DNA of 26,889 nt from Deltaproteobacteria bacterium. Its GTDB lineage: Bacteria > Myxococcota_A > UBA9160 > SMWR01. Below are positions 26,092-26,889 of this stretch, piece by piece. Positions within the stretch are counted from its first letter, which is position 1, and each line of letters opens with the position of its first letter. Where the stretch lies: the NCBI GenBank assembly GCA_032128375.1, contig JAQBGU010000030.1, positions 1 to 26,889 on the forward strand, given 5' to 3'. A program made the position numbers and the translations under genes. The notes beneath the pieces are model-generated. The model did no database searches. It was not told the origin of the DNA and saw only the letters and a list, made by a program, of their open reading frames with translations.

Positions 26092-26381
26092 ATGGGCGGA
26101 GAACAACGAAAACTTCGAGAAGGAGTGCGAGGAGACGTTCGAATCGAGCGGGTGGCTGATCTTCGATCACCTCTAAACGTCGCAACGCCATCACGGTGGC
26201 CATGTGGGAGGCGATTCCCGGTGCGATCGCAGAGCTCGACCGGGACCCGCAGATCCGGGTCATCGTTCTGCGTGGCGCGGGGGACCTGGCGCTCGTTTCT
26301 GGGGCTGACATTTCGGAATTTGAAACAACTCGGACCGGGGAAACCGCCGAGAAATACGCGCCACGATTTCGCGGAACCTGA
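26092..26381 (+). pseudogene. Enoyl-CoA hydratase/crotonase N-terminal remnant
   Basis: Three frames: MGGEQ..VRIER (26092-26151), GWLIFDHL* (26150-26176), and KRRNAITVAMWEAIP..DPQIRVIVLRGAGDLALVSGADISEF (26175-26381), then truncation. Confidence 0.88.
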
Positions 26382-26808
26382 TTCAGCCTCATCGCCACAA
26401 ACGAATCCGTAGGATTCGCCACCCATTTCATCCCAATTGCCTCGCATTGGCCGGAGGGTGCGGATCGGTGAGATGTGTCACGCGTTCACAAGTGCGGTTC
26501 GGGACTTGCGGCGCCCGAGTTTCCTGTCCACACTGTGTACGGGGGAGTTTACCGAGGGCGGGTGATCGCGACCTTGGGAACCGTCGAAACGGTTCCGCAT
26601 CGCGACCGCGCGTCGAGACGAACGCTCGTCTGAAGTGCATTTCCACCGATTCCGTCACTGAGGCAACCAATTGAGTGACTCAGGTCGGAACGTGGCGATG
26701 CCGATATGCCGTTAGATCTGGATTTTCTAGATTGAAGATTAAAGAGGAAAGCTCAGTGAGTCGCCGCTCTCAGGCCGTACGCTGAGCCAAACAAGCGCTT
26801 ACTGCTTA

Positions 26809-26889
26809 CAATAGTACTACCAATAGGACTACCAATAGGACTACCAATAGGACTACCAATAGGACTACCAATAGGACTACCAATAGGAC
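26809..26889 (+). repeat. 12-bp tandem repeat CAATAGGACTAC, running off the window edge
   Basis: One variant (CAATAGTACTAC, 26809-26820), five perfect copies (26821-26880) and a partial copy. Confidence 0.98.

Noticed and set aside
26744..26760. GAGGAAAGCTC as an RNase P RNA start
   Set aside because: It deviates from GAGGAAAGTCC and no other rnpB elements follow.
26809..26889. CRISPR repeats, iterons or a telomere
   Set aside because: No spacers, no rep gene and no evidence for a linear replicon end; a simple VNTR is sufficient.

Overview
GC-rich bacterial chromosomal window; gene content and style suggest a Myxococcota/deltaproteobacteria-like lineage (inference, not proven). From left to right: an ammonium transporter (amt, minus strand, runs off the left edge, absent from the ORF track) with a sigma54-like promoter and NtrC-like palindromes; a stand-alone Fis-type HTH gene; a structured intergenic region plus a tandem repeat; a C4 Zn-ribbon coiled-coil protein; a TPR-zincin; glcDEF; a minus-strand operon of Leptospira/Bacteroidetes-type cimA with two uncharacterised helical lipoproteins; an RluA/RluD-family pseudouridine synthase; a GNAT/TPR/TPR/O-methyltransferase cluster; sppA, an SRPBCC-like protein and an alpha/beta hydrolase; an ECF sigma / zf-HC2 anti-sigma / DUF3106-like triad split by a 13-14 bp tandem array; a PNPOx-like gene, yjbQ, thiI with a rhodanese domain, two small hypothetical genes, an enoyl-CoA hydratase pseudogene and a 12-bp tandem repeat at the right edge. 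No rRNA, tRNA, CRISPR, transposase or integrase was recognised. The most unusual signals are tandem arrays that run directly into ribosome-binding sites, a candidate three-hairpin RNA, the orphan Fis-HTH gene next to the amt enhancer, and the lipoprotein pair coupled to cimA. All calls come from reading motifs by eye; no searches were run.
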